A stretch of DNA of 64,000 bases from Gammaproteobacteria bacterium (lineage in GTDB: Bacteria > Pseudomonadota > Gammaproteobacteria > Eutrophobiales > Eutrophobiaceae), in contig CBDEUK010000001.1 in the NCBI GenBank assembly GCA_965243205.1, positions 192,001-256,000 of the forward strand. Direction: 5' to 3'. The position numbers and the translations under genes were made by a program. This document shows positions 1-11,400 of the stretch, piece by piece. A model generated the notes under the pieces. The model had not been told where the DNA came from, made no database searches, and was given only the letters and a program-made list of their open reading frames with translations. Each line of letters begins with the position of its first letter. The stretch's first letter is position 1.

Positions 1-39
1 CCTTAAAGCAGAGTCAAAGTTCGAATGATATAGAAAGGT

Positions 40-1353
40 TTAGATTTCTTCAGGGATGGTCAATACCATACCAATACGCAATTGATCAGATTTTAAACCA
101 TTATGTTTTTTGAGTTTTTGTGTGCTCACACTGTACATCTGTGCAATTTCCGAAAGTGTATCACCTTTAGCAATCGTATGTTTACGACGTTTCGATACGC
201 TCGCAATATAAGTACCTTCTAGAGGATAATCGTAAAAATAATCCTTCAAGCCCTTAAGAATCGATTTTGCTAAGCGTCCTTGATATTCAGACGTTTTTAA
301 ACGTTTTTCTTCAGATGGGTTCGAGATATAAGCAGTCTCAATTAAAATAGATGGAATATCAGGGGATTTTAAAACTGCAAATCCAGCCGACTGCACACGT
401 TTCTTATGTACCTTGCCTAAACCTTTCAACCCTGAGAGTACACGGTCTGCAACATCAATACTGGCTTCCAAACTAGCTGTTTGTGAAAGGTCCAATAGAA
501 CAGACGCCAATACATTATCTTTATCATCCAAACTAACACCACCGATTAAATCAGAACGGTTTTCTTGTTCCGCCAACCAACGAGCCGCCTCACTACTTGC
601 CCCACGTTTGGATAAGATATATACCGAAGAACCACGTACTTTGGGATCTTTAAATGCGTCTGCATGAATGGAGATAAATAAGTCTGCTTTATTTTTTCGT
701 GCCTTTTCAATTCGATCACGAAGACGAATAAAATAATCTCCTTCCCTGATCAAAACTGCCTTCATACCTTTTTCTTTGTTGATCAACGCTGCTAAACGTT
801 TAGAAATGCTGTACACAACATCTTTTTCAAAGGTACCACTAGGGCCACGTGCTCCTGGGTCATCACCACCATGACCTGCATCAATCGCGACAATAACATC
901 ACGTTGCTTTGATTTGATAGATGAAGCAGCTGTTTTAGCTTTAGCTGTTGATGATGATGCCAAATCAGCTTTTGATGTGACATCAATAACTAAGCGATGA
1001 CCATATTGCTTATTCGGTTCGAGTAGAAAACTATTAATCTTTGCAGCTTGTTTTAAATCCAAAACGATTCGCTGATCGGTCTTGTTTCGGGTACCACTGC
1101 GAATTTGTTTGATCAGTTTATCTTCAGATTTTGGCTGACTCAGTTTTTTAATCTCTGAGGTATTTTTAATATCAATGACTAAACGTTCAGGGTTCGATAG
1201 TTGAGTAATTTGGTGCTCAACTGGATTGGAAACATCGAGCACAACACGAGTGTTATCTGGAGCAGCCCAGATACGCACATTTTTTACTGTCGTCTCGGCG
1301 TTGACTTGCCCAAGGCTAGCAGCGGCTAAAATTAAGCTGATTATCAGTCGCAT
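40..1353 (-). CDS. amiB: N-acetylmuramoyl-L-alanine amidase (AMIN + Amidase_3 + LysM)
   Basis: IDAGHGGDDPGA, FISIHADA and PSILIETAYISN amidase motifs; C-terminal LysM (HTIAKGDTLSEIA); next to tsaE. Start placed at ATG 1353 (signal peptide MRLIISL). Confidence 0.9.
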   Translation of the reverse strand: MRLIISLILAAASLGQVNAETTVKNVRIWAAPDNTRVVLDVSNPVEHQITQLSNPERLVIDIKNTSEIKKLSQPKSEDKLIKQIRSGTRNKTDQRIVLDLKQAAKINSFLLEPNKQYGHRLVIDVTSKADLASSSTAKAKTAASSIKSKQRDVIVAIDAGHGGDDPGARGPSGTFEKDVVYSISKRLAALINKEKGMKAVLIREGDYFIRLRDRIEKARKNKADLFISIHADAFKDPKVRGSSVYILSKRGASSEAARWLAEQENRSDLIGGVSLDDKDNVLASVLLDLSQTASLEASIDVADRVLSGLKGLGKVHKKRVQSAGFAVLKSPDIPSILIETAYISNPSEEKRLKTSEYQGRLAKSILKGLKDYFYDYPLEGTYIASVSKRRKHTIAKGDTLSEIAQMYSVSTQKLKKHNGLKSDQLRIGMVLTIPEEI

Positions 1354-1501
1354 GTCATTGAATTTAAAATATTTTCTAATCAATTAGTATAAATATTTAG
1401 TTTATATAATTACTTTTTGCAAGTTAACTTTAGAAAGTCTAACTAAATTATTGTTTAATATCAAAATTTTTATAAAAAATAAAATCTTTTATAATAAAAT
1501 T

Positions 1502-1954
1502 TTAAGCTAGTTTTGAAATAAAAAGCTTGCCGTTTTCTGAGTTCGAAACCAGCGAAACGATTCTTGCTTCATCACAATAATCAATTTTTATTAAGACATC
1601 GGGACAATCAAGAAATTCTTTGGCCTTTTCAGGCCATTCCACTAAGCACATCGCAGAATCTTCAAAGTAATCTCTAATACCTATTGCTTCTAATTCCTCA
1701 GGATCATTCACTCGGTAGAGATCAAAGTGATAAAAATTTCTATCTTGTAAATAATATGGCTCAACTAAAGTAAATGTTGGACTTTTGACCGTCCCTACAT
1801 GACCTAACGCTTGCAATAAACCACGTACGAAACTGGTTTTTCCTGCGCCTAATTCACCTGCAAAATAAAGTTTATTAATTATATGTAGATGAGGAGAAAA
1901 ACTCGCAGCAAATTGTTCCATTTCTTCCACGCTGGCAATTTGTTTTGTAAACAT
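1502..1954 (-). CDS. tsaE: tRNA threonylcarbamoyladenosine biosynthesis ATPase TsaE
   Basis: GELGAGKT P-loop, VKSPTFTLVEPY, HFDLYR, LVEWPE. Confidence 0.95.
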   Translation of the reverse strand: MFTKQIASVEEMEQFAASFSPHLHIINKLYFAGELGAGKTSFVRGLLQALGHVGTVKSPTFTLVEPYYLQDRNFYHFDLYRVNDPEELEAIGIRDYFEDSAMCLVEWPEKAKEFLDCPDVLIKIDYCDEARIVSLVSNSENGKLFISKLA

Positions 1955-1958
1955 AATC

Positions 1959-3440
1959 TTAACTGTTTATTAAATATCGTAGATATGGCATCAAGTCATT
2001 GGCAAGTAAGCCGCATTCCCCTAATACCGCGGCTTCATCAGCCGCCGCACTGTGTAAACACACACCAAGCTTAGCAGCTAAATCCAATTCAAAACCTTGA
2101 GCAACTAACGCAGCAATAACACCTGTAAGAACATCACCCATACCGCCTGTTGCCATGCCTGGATTTCCATCAGAACATACTGAAATGTCCCCTGCAGTAT
2201 CCATGACTAATGTGCCAGAACCTTTTAACACAACGATTCCGCCATATATCTCTTGTAATCTTTGCACAGCTGCAAACCGATTCGCTTGCACTTCTTGAGT
2301 TGAACAATTTAGTAATCGAGCCGCTTCACCAGGATGAGGCGTAATAATACGGTTATTATTTTTATAAGGCTCTTTAACTAATAAATTTAAGGCATCTGCA
2401 TCCATGACTTGTGGTTGCTTAGCCTCTATCACCCGTGCAAATAATTCTATTGACCATTCGGTTTGCGCTAAACCAGGGCCTATCGCTATAACAGATGTAT
2501 TTTTAATAAGTCTGCCTAACTCTTTATAACTTTCAACGCTATGAACCATTAACTCGGGTCGGCCAATATTTAAAGTGTTTGCATGTTCTCCTCTAGTTGC
2601 AACTGAAACCAAACCAGCTCCTGTACGAGCTGAAGCCTCTGCACACATCCTAGCAGCACCTGCGTAACCTTTGTTTCCACCAATCACAAGCACATGGCCG
2701 TTACTACCTTTATGTGAACTCGCAATCCTTTTGGGAATGAGTGATTTTAAAGTATCAAAATTAATTCGATAACTATTAGGCTTAGGAATTTTTTTATAAA
2801 CAGAATCTGGTATGGAAAGGTCATCGAACTCGCTCTCTCCACAATAATCACGACCTTGCCCTGTAAATAATCCTTGCTTGAGTCCAATAAAGCTGATGGT
2901 TCTATTAGCTTGAATAGCTAGTCCCATTGGCATACCAGTATCAGCATTTAAACCTGAAGGAATATCAATGGATAAAACGGGTGAATTCGTTGCATTAATT
3001 ATCTCTATAATTTTGGCAAAATCACCTGTGACATCACGATCCAAACCGGTTCCAAATATTGCATCAACAATAACATCATTATTATCAAAACTATGCTCAG
3101 AAATATTTTTTATACTTAGCCCTGTTGAAATTAAATCCTGATAACACTGCAAGGCATCGCCTTTCAGCTTTGCTACATCACCAATTTGAATAACAGAAAC
3201 ATTATAAGACTGTTGTTGAGCTAAACGTGCAACTACATAACCATCGCCAGCATTATTGCCTAAACCACAAACAACTGTTATTCGCTTTGATAATGGCCAA
3301 GATTTCTTTAAATATTCAAACGCAACATGTCCTGCACGTTGCATTAAGATTAATCCTGCTATACCTTCTTCTTCGATAGCAATGCGGTCAAGTTCTCTTA
3401 CTTGTTGAGCAGTATATAAATTGTTTGGAAGATTATTCAT
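1959..3440 (-). CDS. nnr: bifunctional NAD(P)H-hydrate epimerase/dehydratase
   Basis: YjeF_N (GNNAGDG, DAIFGTG, IDIPSGL) plus Carb_kinase (HKGSNG, TPHPGEAARL, GGMGDVLTG). Confidence 0.95.
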   Translation of the reverse strand: MNNLPNNLYTAQQVRELDRIAIEEEGIAGLILMQRAGHVAFEYLKKSWPLSKRITVVCGLGNNAGDGYVVARLAQQQSYNVSVIQIGDVAKLKGDALQCYQDLISTGLSIKNISEHSFDNNDVIVDAIFGTGLDRDVTGDFAKIIEIINATNSPVLSIDIPSGLNADTGMPMGLAIQANRTISFIGLKQGLFTGQGRDYCGESEFDDLSIPDSVYKKIPKPNSYRINFDTLKSLIPKRIASSHKGSNGHVLVIGGNKGYAGAARMCAEASARTGAGLVSVATRGEHANTLNIGRPELMVHSVESYKELGRLIKNTSVIAIGPGLAQTEWSIELFARVIEAKQPQVMDADALNLLVKEPYKNNNRIITPHPGEAARLLNCSTQEVQANRFAAVQRLQEIYGGIVVLKGSGTLVMDTAGDISVCSDGNPGMATGGMGDVLTGVIAALVAQGFELDLAAKLGVCLHSAAADEAAVLGECGLLANDLMPYLRYLINS

Positions 3441-3461
3441 GAATCTATGAATAAATGCATT

Positions 3462-4007
3462 TTAAGGTTTTACAAAATAATGCTCTCGATAAAATCGCAT
3501 CTCATTGATCGAATCTCGAATATCATCCATGGCCAAATGCGAAGATTCTTTTTTGAATTCAGGACCATTGGAATACCAACGTTTGACCGCTTCTTTGACC
3601 GTGCTCACATCAAAATTTCGATAATGAAAATATTTTTCAAGCGTTGGCATTAAACGATGCATAAAGCGGCGATCCTGACAGATGCTATTTCCGCACATTG
3701 GTGAACTTCGTTCTGTAACGAACTTTTGTACAAATTCTAACGTCTTATTCTCTGCATCCTGCACGGTATATTGGCTGTTTTTAATCCGATCAACCAAACC
3801 TGAATTGGTATGTTGGGTGGTATTCCATTCATCCATAGCATCCAAAATATCGTTGCTTTGGTGAATAGCAATCACTGGGCCTTCTGCTAAGATATCAAGC
3901 TGAGGGTCGGTAATAATAGTGGCAATTTCAATGATCAGATCATTATCGGTATCCAGCCCCGTCATTTCGAGGTCGATCCAGATGAGATTATCGGCGGATT
4001 GGGACAT
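3462..4007 (-). CDS. orn: oligoribonuclease
   Basis: [35 protein letters not shown]. Confidence 0.97.
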   Translation of the reverse strand: MSQSADNLIWIDLEMTGLDTDNDLIIEIATIITDPQLDILAEGPVIAIHQSNDILDAMDEWNTTQHTNSGLVDRIKNSQYTVQDAENKTLEFVQKFVTERSSPMCGNSICQDRRFMHRLMPTLEKYFHYRNFDVSTVKEAVKRWYSNGPEFKKESSHLAMDDIRDSINEMRFYREHYFVKP

Positions 4008-4058
4008 AATTGATTCTCTTAAATTAACTAAATTTAGTAACGGCAGATATCCAACATT

Positions 4059-5303
4059 ATGAACACATTTAGTATTATTTTCATTGCCGCATTAGTTGCA
4101 GGCATTTTTTTAGAATGGTTTTTACTATTTCGCCATAAAAGCCACGTACAGGCCCATCGAGAGGCTGTACCTAATGCATTTGCCGATACCATACCATTGG
4201 AATCTCACCAAAAAGCGGCCGATTATACTATGGCAAAAGGCGTACTAGCCCGTTTTGATATCTTACTAGGTGGAATTGTATTACTGCTCTGGACTTTAGG
4301 CGGCGGCTTAGAATTTTTAGATCAATCAATCCAACGGTTTGGATTATCAGAATTATGGACTGGGGCCATTGTGATTATTGCTTTCATGCTTATTAGTAGC
4401 ATTATCGATATTCCCGTTTCGCTCTATCAAAACTTTAGCCTCGAAGAAAAATTTGGTTTCAATAAAATGACACTAGGTGTTTTCTTCTCGGACATGATAA
4501 AAAACACCTTAGTCATGTTGGCTTTAGGCGTACCAATTTTATTATTGGTATTATGGATCATGCAAAATATGGGTAATAACTGGTGGTTATACGCATGGAT
4601 CACTATGGTTGGCTTTTTAGTATTTATGACTTGGGCCTACCCTGCCTTTATTGCCCCTATCTTTAATAAATTTAAACCACTTGAGGATAAAGAATTACAA
4701 GCTCGCATCGAGGATCTGTTGACTCGTAATGGTTTTAAAAGCCAAGGTGTGTTCGTCATGGATGGTTCTTTACGATCAACTCATGGTAATGCCTACTTTG
4801 CAGGCTTTGGTAGTAATAAACGCATTGTATTTTTTGATACCTTAATTGAAATCTTGAATTATGATGAGATCGAAGCTGTTTTAGCTCATGAACTAGGCCA
4901 TTTCAAACGTAACCATGTTAAAAAATTAACGGCCTTACAGTTTGTTATTTTATTTGTCGGTTTTGCTGCACTTGGTTGGTTAATTAATCAGGCTTGGTTT
5001 TATCAAGGTTTAGGTGTTAGTCAACCTTCCAATTATATGGCTTTATTATTGTTCAGTATTGTTTCACCTGTATTTTTACAGTTCATCATGCCATCTATTA
5101 AAGTATTAACACGTAAATACGAATTCGAGGCCGATGACTTTGCTTCTGAACAAGCTAAGCCAGCAGATCTGATCAGTGCTCTAGTGAGTTTGTACAAAGA
5201 AAATGCAAATACATTAACGCCTGATCCACTGTATTCTGCGTTTCATGATTCTCATCCACCAGCACCGATACGTATTGCACATCTAAATGCAAAACCCAGC
5301 TAG
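4059..5303 (+). CDS. M48 family (Ste24-like) membrane zinc metalloprotease
   Basis: multiple TM segments, HELGH zinc motif, EFEAD, DSHPP. Confidence 0.92.
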   Translation: MNTFSIIFIAALVAGIFLEWFLLFRHKSHVQAHREAVPNAFADTIPLESHQKAADYTMAKGVLARFDILLGGIVLLLWTLGGGLEFLDQSIQRFGLSELWTGAIVIIAFMLISSIIDIPVSLYQNFSLEEKFGFNKMTLGVFFSDMIKNTLVMLALGVPILLLVLWIMQNMGNNWWLYAWITMVGFLVFMTWAYPAFIAPIFNKFKPLEDKELQARIEDLLTRNGFKSQGVFVMDGSLRSTHGNAYFAGFGSNKRIVFFDTLIEILNYDEIEAVLAHELGHFKRNHVKKLTALQFVILFVGFAALGWLINQAWFYQGLGVSQPSNYMALLLFSIVSPVFLQFIMPSIKVLTRKYEFEADDFASEQAKPADLISALVSLYKENANTLTPDPLYSAFHDSHPPAPIRIAHLNAKPS

Positions 5304-5309
5304 TTCAGT

Positions 5310-5624
5310 ATGCTCGAATTAATGGGATCAAAAATAATAAAAAAAGCAGGGACGCTTTTTATTTATACGTTATTTCTTACTATCACTAAACAGCCCTTTG
5401 CTGCCGATATAATAAATGGCGAACAATTGCATAATGAAAATTGTACACGTTGCCATCAGCCTACTATTTATCAACGAGATGAGCGTATTGTAAAAAACCT
5501 GCAACACTTGCGTACTCAAGTTCAGTTTTGTGAAGTATCCAATGATTTAACATGGTTTGATGAAGAAGTGGATGATGTAACTGAGTATTTGAATATGAAT
5601 TATTATTTTTTTGAAATTAAATAA
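5310..5624 (+). CDS. small monoheme c-type cytochrome
   Basis: signal-like N-terminus, CTRCH heme motif. Confidence 0.75.
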   Translation: MLELMGSKIIKKAGTLFIYTLFLTITKQPFAADIINGEQLHNENCTRCHQPTIYQRDERIVKNLQHLRTQVQFCEVSNDLTWFDEEVDDVTEYLNMNYYFFEIK

Positions 5625-5646
5625 TTATGATTTTTACTAAACAAAT

Positions 5647-5673
5647 AAAAAAGGGGCTATAAAGCCCCTTTTT
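5647..5673. terminator. bidirectional intrinsic terminator
   Basis: AAAAAAGGGGCT-ATAA-AGCCCCTTTTT between convergent genes. Confidence 0.85.
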
Positions 5674-5696
5674 AGTCTTTGTTGAATTATCAGTAA

Positions 5697-6461
5697 TTAC
5701 TGAACAACTTCAAACTCAACACGACGATTTAGTCGTCGACCAATTTCAGTGCTGTTATCACCAACTGGATATAACTCACCACTACCAGATGCAACAACAG
5801 AAGATGGACTCATACCTTTATTGATCATGTATTGACGTACAGATTCTGCACGACGCTCAGACAAACCTTGGTTATATGCTTGAGAACCACGGCTATCAGC
5901 ATGACCAATCACATTTAACTGGGTAACGCCCACAGATGTTAATTGATTATATAAGTTGTCTAATACACCATAGGCTTCCGGCTTAATTTTCGCACTTGCA
6001 GTATCAAATAATACATCACCTGCAAGAGTAAAGTTGATTGAACAACCTTTAGCATCAACAGTATCACCTAATGGAGTTTCAGGACATTCATCCATATAAT
6101 CATAAACGCCATCGCCATCAGTATCTTTAGGACAACCTGTCGAATCAACAGGTGCGCCAGCAGGAGTATTTGGACATTGATCATCTGCATCAACTACACC
6201 GTCACCATCACTATCAGCAGGAGCGGCCATTGGTTCTGGAGCGGGAGCGGGAGCAGCACCACCACACGCCTCTGGTAAAGACACATTGCCGGCATTTTTA
6301 GTTGCCCAACATTCACCTTTACCACTTGTTACCATAGTTCCATCTTTTTGAACTAAATAACCAGTGTTTGAAGCATTAGCGCTCATTGGTAAAGCAAATA
6401 CTATCATTGCTGTGATAACAGCTGTAGATAAAGTATTAACAGCTTTTTTTATTAAAGACAT
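5697..6461 (-). CDS. OmpA-family peptidoglycan-binding protein with TSP3-like Ca-binding repeats
   Basis: signal peptide, Pro-Ala linker, two DxDGDGVxDxxDxCP repeats, OmpA C-domain (GHADSRGS...LSERRA...NRRVE). Confidence 0.9.
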   Translation of the reverse strand: MSLIKKAVNTLSTAVITAMIVFALPMSANASNTGYLVQKDGTMVTSGKGECWATKNAGNVSLPEACGGAAPAPAPEPMAAPADSDGDGVVDADDQCPNTPAGAPVDSTGCPKDTDGDGVYDYMDECPETPLGDTVDAKGCSINFTLAGDVLFDTASAKIKPEAYGVLDNLYNQLTSVGVTQLNVIGHADSRGSQAYNQGLSERRAESVRQYMINKGMSPSSVVASGSGELYPVGDNSTEIGRRLNRRVEFEVVQ

Positions 6462-6715
6462 AAATTATCCCCTAAGAAAGTGTATGTTTATCAATAAAAT
6501 TTTGCTCTTATTTAGCTAAATAAGAGTACGAAAATAGTATAAGCAAACTTTGTATGAATGTAAGCAAAAAAAACTAATATTTTTAATAAATTAATGGAAC
6601 TTTAATATCGAATCTCAATACATTAATTTTATTTTTTAAGTATCAGTTATAACGTTTTAAAATCTATTTGAATCAGTTTTAAACTTTTCAAGCAATATTC
6701 ACCTCTAAAATTTTG

Positions 6716-6734
6716 ATGCGACAATTTGTCACAT
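6716..6734. promoter_or_regulatory. palindromic operator, RegA/PrrA/RoxR-like
   Basis: ATGCGACAA-T-TTGTCACAT (8/9 inverted repeat) about 55 bp upstream of the cytochrome c gene. Confidence 0.45.
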
Positions 6735-6788
6735 TTTCAAAATAAAAAATATTGATAGACTTCACATGACATTAGGAGGTAATGAGTT

Positions 6789-7196
6789 ATGTTGAAAAAA
6801 ATAGGTATTATTCTTTTAACCACTTTATCGTTTTCAATCTACGCAGAAGAAAATACAGCTTCTGAAAAACCATACGAAATTGTAGATGGAAATATTAGTG
6901 AAAACGCAATTGAAGGTTGGAAAACCTACAATGGCGGCGGCTGTGGCGCATGTCACGGTAAAGGCGGGCAAGGAGCTGTTGGCCCAAATCTAGGTGAAAG
7001 TGTCACCCAAAAGCTTTCAAAAGATGAATTCGTTAACATTGTTACAAATGGAAAATCTGGCACTATGATGCGTGCCCATAAAACCAATAAACGTGTTATG
7101 GATAATTTAGATAATCTATACGCTTATCTAGTCGCACGTGGTGACGATGTACTTGGCCCTTATAATTTGATTAAATTCCCAATGGGCAAACAATAA
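6789..7196 (+). CDS. periplasmic monoheme c-type cytochrome
   Basis: AGGAGG RBS, signal peptide, CGACH motif, distal Met candidate (GTMM). Confidence 0.85.
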   Translation: MLKKIGIILLTTLSFSIYAEENTASEKPYEIVDGNISENAIEGWKTYNGGGCGACHGKGGQGAVGPNLGESVTQKLSKDEFVNIVTNGKSGTMMRAHKTNKRVMDNLDNLYAYLVARGDDVLGPYNLIKFPMGKQ

Positions 7197-7243
7197 ACTT
7201 CTAACTATCTATCCACTGGAAAGTAAAATACAAGGATGTTCTT

Positions 7244-7804
7244 TTATAAACTATCTGGCCCTTTAGAATTTGTTCTATTAATAACCACGTAATCACCTTT
7301 AGCATTGGTAATCACTATCGCAGCTTTTTTATTAAAAACTTTTTTATTAATAGAATCGTCTGAAATTTTGGTATGCATCATATCACTGTGATTACGAATC
7401 ACTTGACCTAAATTCCGTTCTTTAATCAAACGTTTTGATTTCATTTGTTCAAAAACATGTCCCCAACTATTAAGCTCTAGATTTTTAGAAGCAATTTTTT
7501 CTAAACTCCAATAAGCTGTAGAAAGTTCTATTTCAATAGGTCTTTGACTGCGTCCAGAAAACTGCGCATTGAATAAAGCTTGAGCAATTTTTTTATTGCC
7601 ATTCGATAATTCATTAAAACGTTTAAATTTAACTGGATCAGCACTGTAATTATTTTTTAAAGGATCTTGATTCTTTTGAATGTTTACGGCAGGCGTATGA
7701 TTTGCATACATCAAGTTATCTGCAACAGAAGATTGTATCGTTATTAATCCTGTGAACAATAAACTGAATGTTAATATTTGTTTAAGATAGAGTGTTTTAT
7801 TCAT
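7244..7804 (-). CDS. exported hypothetical protein
   Basis: signal peptide, 186-aa ORF, apparently co-transcribed with the upstream lipoprotein. Confidence 0.6.
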   Translation of the reverse strand: MNKTLYLKQILTFSLLFTGLITIQSSVADNLMYANHTPAVNIQKNQDPLKNNYSADPVKFKRFNELSNGNKKIAQALFNAQFSGRSQRPIEIELSTAYWSLEKIASKNLELNSWGHVFEQMKSKRLIKERNLGQVIRNHSDMMHTKISDDSINKKVFNKKAAIVITNAKGDYVVINRTNSKGPDSL

Positions 7805-7823
7805 AGCATTAGTACCTGAAGAT

Positions 7824-8243
7824 TTAGTTCATGTGATATGCGGTCTGCACAATAATTTCTGTCGCTGTTGAGCTGTCTTTAAAAAACACATCATCATGTC
7901 TTTTAACAATGACCTGCATACGAGTTGCATTAGAAGTAATTTTTTCTAACTCGACATCAATCATACGGGTATCAGTGGTTCCTTTTATCTGCCATCCTGG
8001 CTCGACTTCTTTAATATCCGTAACGGGTATATCCATAAGACTCAAGCTTTGTAATGTTGCTGAATGAACATCATCAATCGAAGCTGTGAAAGTTTTTTGT
8101 GCAATACCACCTAGAGAATGATCAACACCTGCTTGAGCAACAACACCACCAGCAGTCATCGCTAAGCCTGCACAACCCGATAGTCCCATCATTAAAGGTA
8201 AGAATAGAATACAACTGAATTGTTTTACTGACTTTATATTCAT
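7824..8243 (-). CDS. lipoprotein, DUF3568-like
   Basis: lipobox LSGC followed by a Gly/Ala-rich segment. Confidence 0.6.
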   Translation of the reverse strand: MNIKSVKQFSCILFLPLMMGLSGCAGLAMTAGGVVAQAGVDHSLGGIAQKTFTASIDDVHSATLQSLSLMDIPVTDIKEVEPGWQIKGTTDTRMIDVELEKITSNATRMQVIVKRHDDVFFKDSSTATEIIVQTAYHMN

Positions 8244-8428
8244 GTCGATACACCGTGTAAATGTTTATGCCATTAATAATGTTTGGCATTTAATTGTTAT
8301 ATCGACTGAGTATATGAATTACTCTAGGAAACTGTGAATTTTAATGATTAAAACGTGTGATAGTTTGCAAAAGCTTTTTTTAACGTGAATAAAAATAGAA
8401 ACGGTTCACATTTTTCAGTGCTTGATTA

Positions 8429-11400
8429 TTATCGTTTAACTAATTTACGAATTAATATATAGAAAACAGGAGTCAGTAATAATCCAAATATCGTTACACC
8501 AATCATGCCGGAGAACACTGCAATCCCCATAGTATTACGCATTTCAGCACCAGCACCCGTTGAAATAGCCATTGGCAAGACACCCATAATAAACGCTATG
8601 GATGTCATTAAAATAGGACGTAATCGTAGCTGACTCGCTTCTACAGCAGCTTCAACAATGCCCCGACCTTTTTGTTCTAATTCGCGGGCAAACTCTACAA
8701 TTAAAATAGCATTCTTCGTTGCCAAACCAGCTAATACAAACAAACTGATTTGTGTAAAGATATTAATATTGCCCGGTGTTAACCACACGCCTAGCATTGA
8801 TACTAAACCGATAACCATCCCTTGATTAGTAAGCCAAACACCAACTAATGCAGACAATGTACTCATCGGTACAATTAAAATAATAGCTAAAGGTAAGGTT
8901 AAACTTTCATATTGCGCCGCTAAAACTAAAAAGACTAAGAAGATACATAAAGGAAAAATATAGATCGCACTATTACCCGCAAGAATTTGTTGATACGTTA
9001 ATTCAGTCCATTCGTAATCCATACCGGGCGGTAAGGTTTCTTCCAATATTTTTACAATCGCTGCTTGAGCTTGACCACTTGAATAACCTGGCGCAGGCGA
9101 GCCATTCAGATCTGCAGCCCTATAGCCATTATAACGTTGAGCATTTTCAGGCCCATAACTTTCATACACTTTCAACACAGCTCCTAGTGGAACCATTTCA
9201 CCGTTATTATTTGCAACTTTAAGTTTTGTAATATCTTCAGGTTTTGATCGAAACTGTTTATCGGCTTGAGCAATGACTCTATAAGTTCTACCAAATTGAT
9301 TAAAATCATTGATGTATAAAGATCCCAAATAAACTTGCATGGTAGAAAAAATATCATTGATATTTAAACCTAATTGCTTCGCGCGCACTCGATCTAAATC
9401 AGCATACAACTGAGGAACATTGATTTTAAAACTGGAAAATACTGACGTAAGTTCAGGTGTTTGATAGGCTTTACCCATTACTTGACCAAGTACGGCATTC
9501 AAAGCCTCATAACCTTGATCAGTTCGATCTTCGATCTGTAATTTAAAACCACCTACTGTACCTAAACCTAATACTGCTGGCGGTGGAAACACAGCAACGA
9601 ACGCATCATCGATCTGCATAAACTTTTGTTGCAACTTACCCGCTATTGCAAACCCTGATAACGATGGATCCGTACGCTCATGAAAATCTGTTAATGGAAA
9701 AAACACTGTGCCTGCGCTAGAACTATTAATAAAACCAGCAATTGACAAACCAGGGAAACCCACGGCATTTCGTATCCCAGGTTCTTCCATCGCGATCTCA
9801 GAAATTTCTCGAACTACCGATTCGGTTCGTTCCAAGGTCGCGCCATCTGGTAGTTGTGTAAAACCAATAAGATATTGTTTATCCTGCATTGGAATAAAAC
9901 CAGCAGGTATTGATGTAAATAACTGATACGTTACAAACATCAACGAACAGTAGATCAATATGGCAACAAATTTATGATGAACAATATGTTTAACAATAAA
10001 TGAATAAACGGCTGCGCAACCTTTATATACCCAGTTAAATATTTTAAAGAACCATCCTATTAATGCATTCATTAAAATAGTTAACCAATCGTTGGTTTCT
10101 TCCTTAGGTCGTAATAGCAATCTTGAAAGCGCTGGACTCAATGTTAAAGAGTTAATAGAAGAAATAACAGTAGAGATGGCAATCGTTAATGCGAATTGTC
10201 GATAGAACTGGCCTGTTAAACCGCTAATAAAAGCAATCGGAACAAACACAGCAACTAATACTAATGTTGTTGCAATAATAGGCCCTGTGACTTCACGCAT
10301 GGCTTGAAAACTAGCATCACGTGGTGATAAACCATCACTGATATTTCTTTGCACATTCTCAACGACAATAATGGCATCATCAACAACGATACCAATCGCA
10401 AGGATTAAACCAAACAAAGATAAAACATTAATGGAAAAACCCATTAATAACATGATAGAAAATGTCCCAACGATTGAAACAGGTACAGCCATTAATGGAA
10501 TAATCGAAGCACGCCAGGTTTGTAAAAATACAATCACCACGAGTACAACCAAACCTACTGCTTCTAATAAAGTATGGACAACCGACTCAATCGATTCTTT
10601 AACAAATACTGTAGGGTCATAAACAATGCTGTAATCAATGCCTTCTGGAAAATTTTGTTTTAATTCCTCCATACGTTTTCGAACGTCATGAGAAATTTGT
10701 AAGGCATTCGCATCGGAAGATTTAAAGATAGGAATCGCAACCGCATTTTGATTATCAAGCAAAGAACGCAATGCATATTCAGATGCACCCATCTCTATTC
10801 GAGCTACGTCTTTTAATTGGGTAATTTCACCATTGTCACCCGCTTTAATAATAATCTCTTCAAATTCTTCTGGTGATTCAAAACGCCCTTTAATGTTAAT
10901 CGGCAATTGCGTTTCGATTTGCGCATCGTATGGAGGGCCACCTATCACACCAGCAGATGCTGATATATTTTGTTCTTGTACTGATTGAATGATTTGGTTG
11001 GCTGTTAAACCGAGTTCAGCAATCTTTTCAGGGTTCAACCAAACCCGCATGGCATAATCACCCGCACCAAATAATAAAACCTCACCAATACCTTCAATAC
11101 GTGCTAATTCGTCTTTAACATTTAACACACCGTAATTGCGCAGGTATAACATGTCATAACGATCATTCGGTGATTTTAAATGCACAACCATAGTTAAATC
11201 AGAAGAACTCTTAACTGTGGTAACACCTAATTGCCTTGTGATATCAGGTAAACGTGGAGCTGCTTGTTCAACTCGGTTACGAACTAATGTAAGCGCTAAA
11301 TTCGGATCCGTGCCAATTTCAAATGTGACCGTAATCGTTGTTAAGCCATCGGCTGTTGATTGCGATGACATATACAACATGTTTTCCACGCCGTTAATCT

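Noticed and set aside
6228-6262. short tandem repeats in the OmpA-family gene
   Set aside because: They encode an ordinary Pro-Ala linker; no sign of a phase-variable tract.
8299-8326. possible sigma28 promoter for the DUF3568-like gene
   Set aside because: GTCGATAT is present but the -35 is TAGA at 16-bp spacing; too weak.
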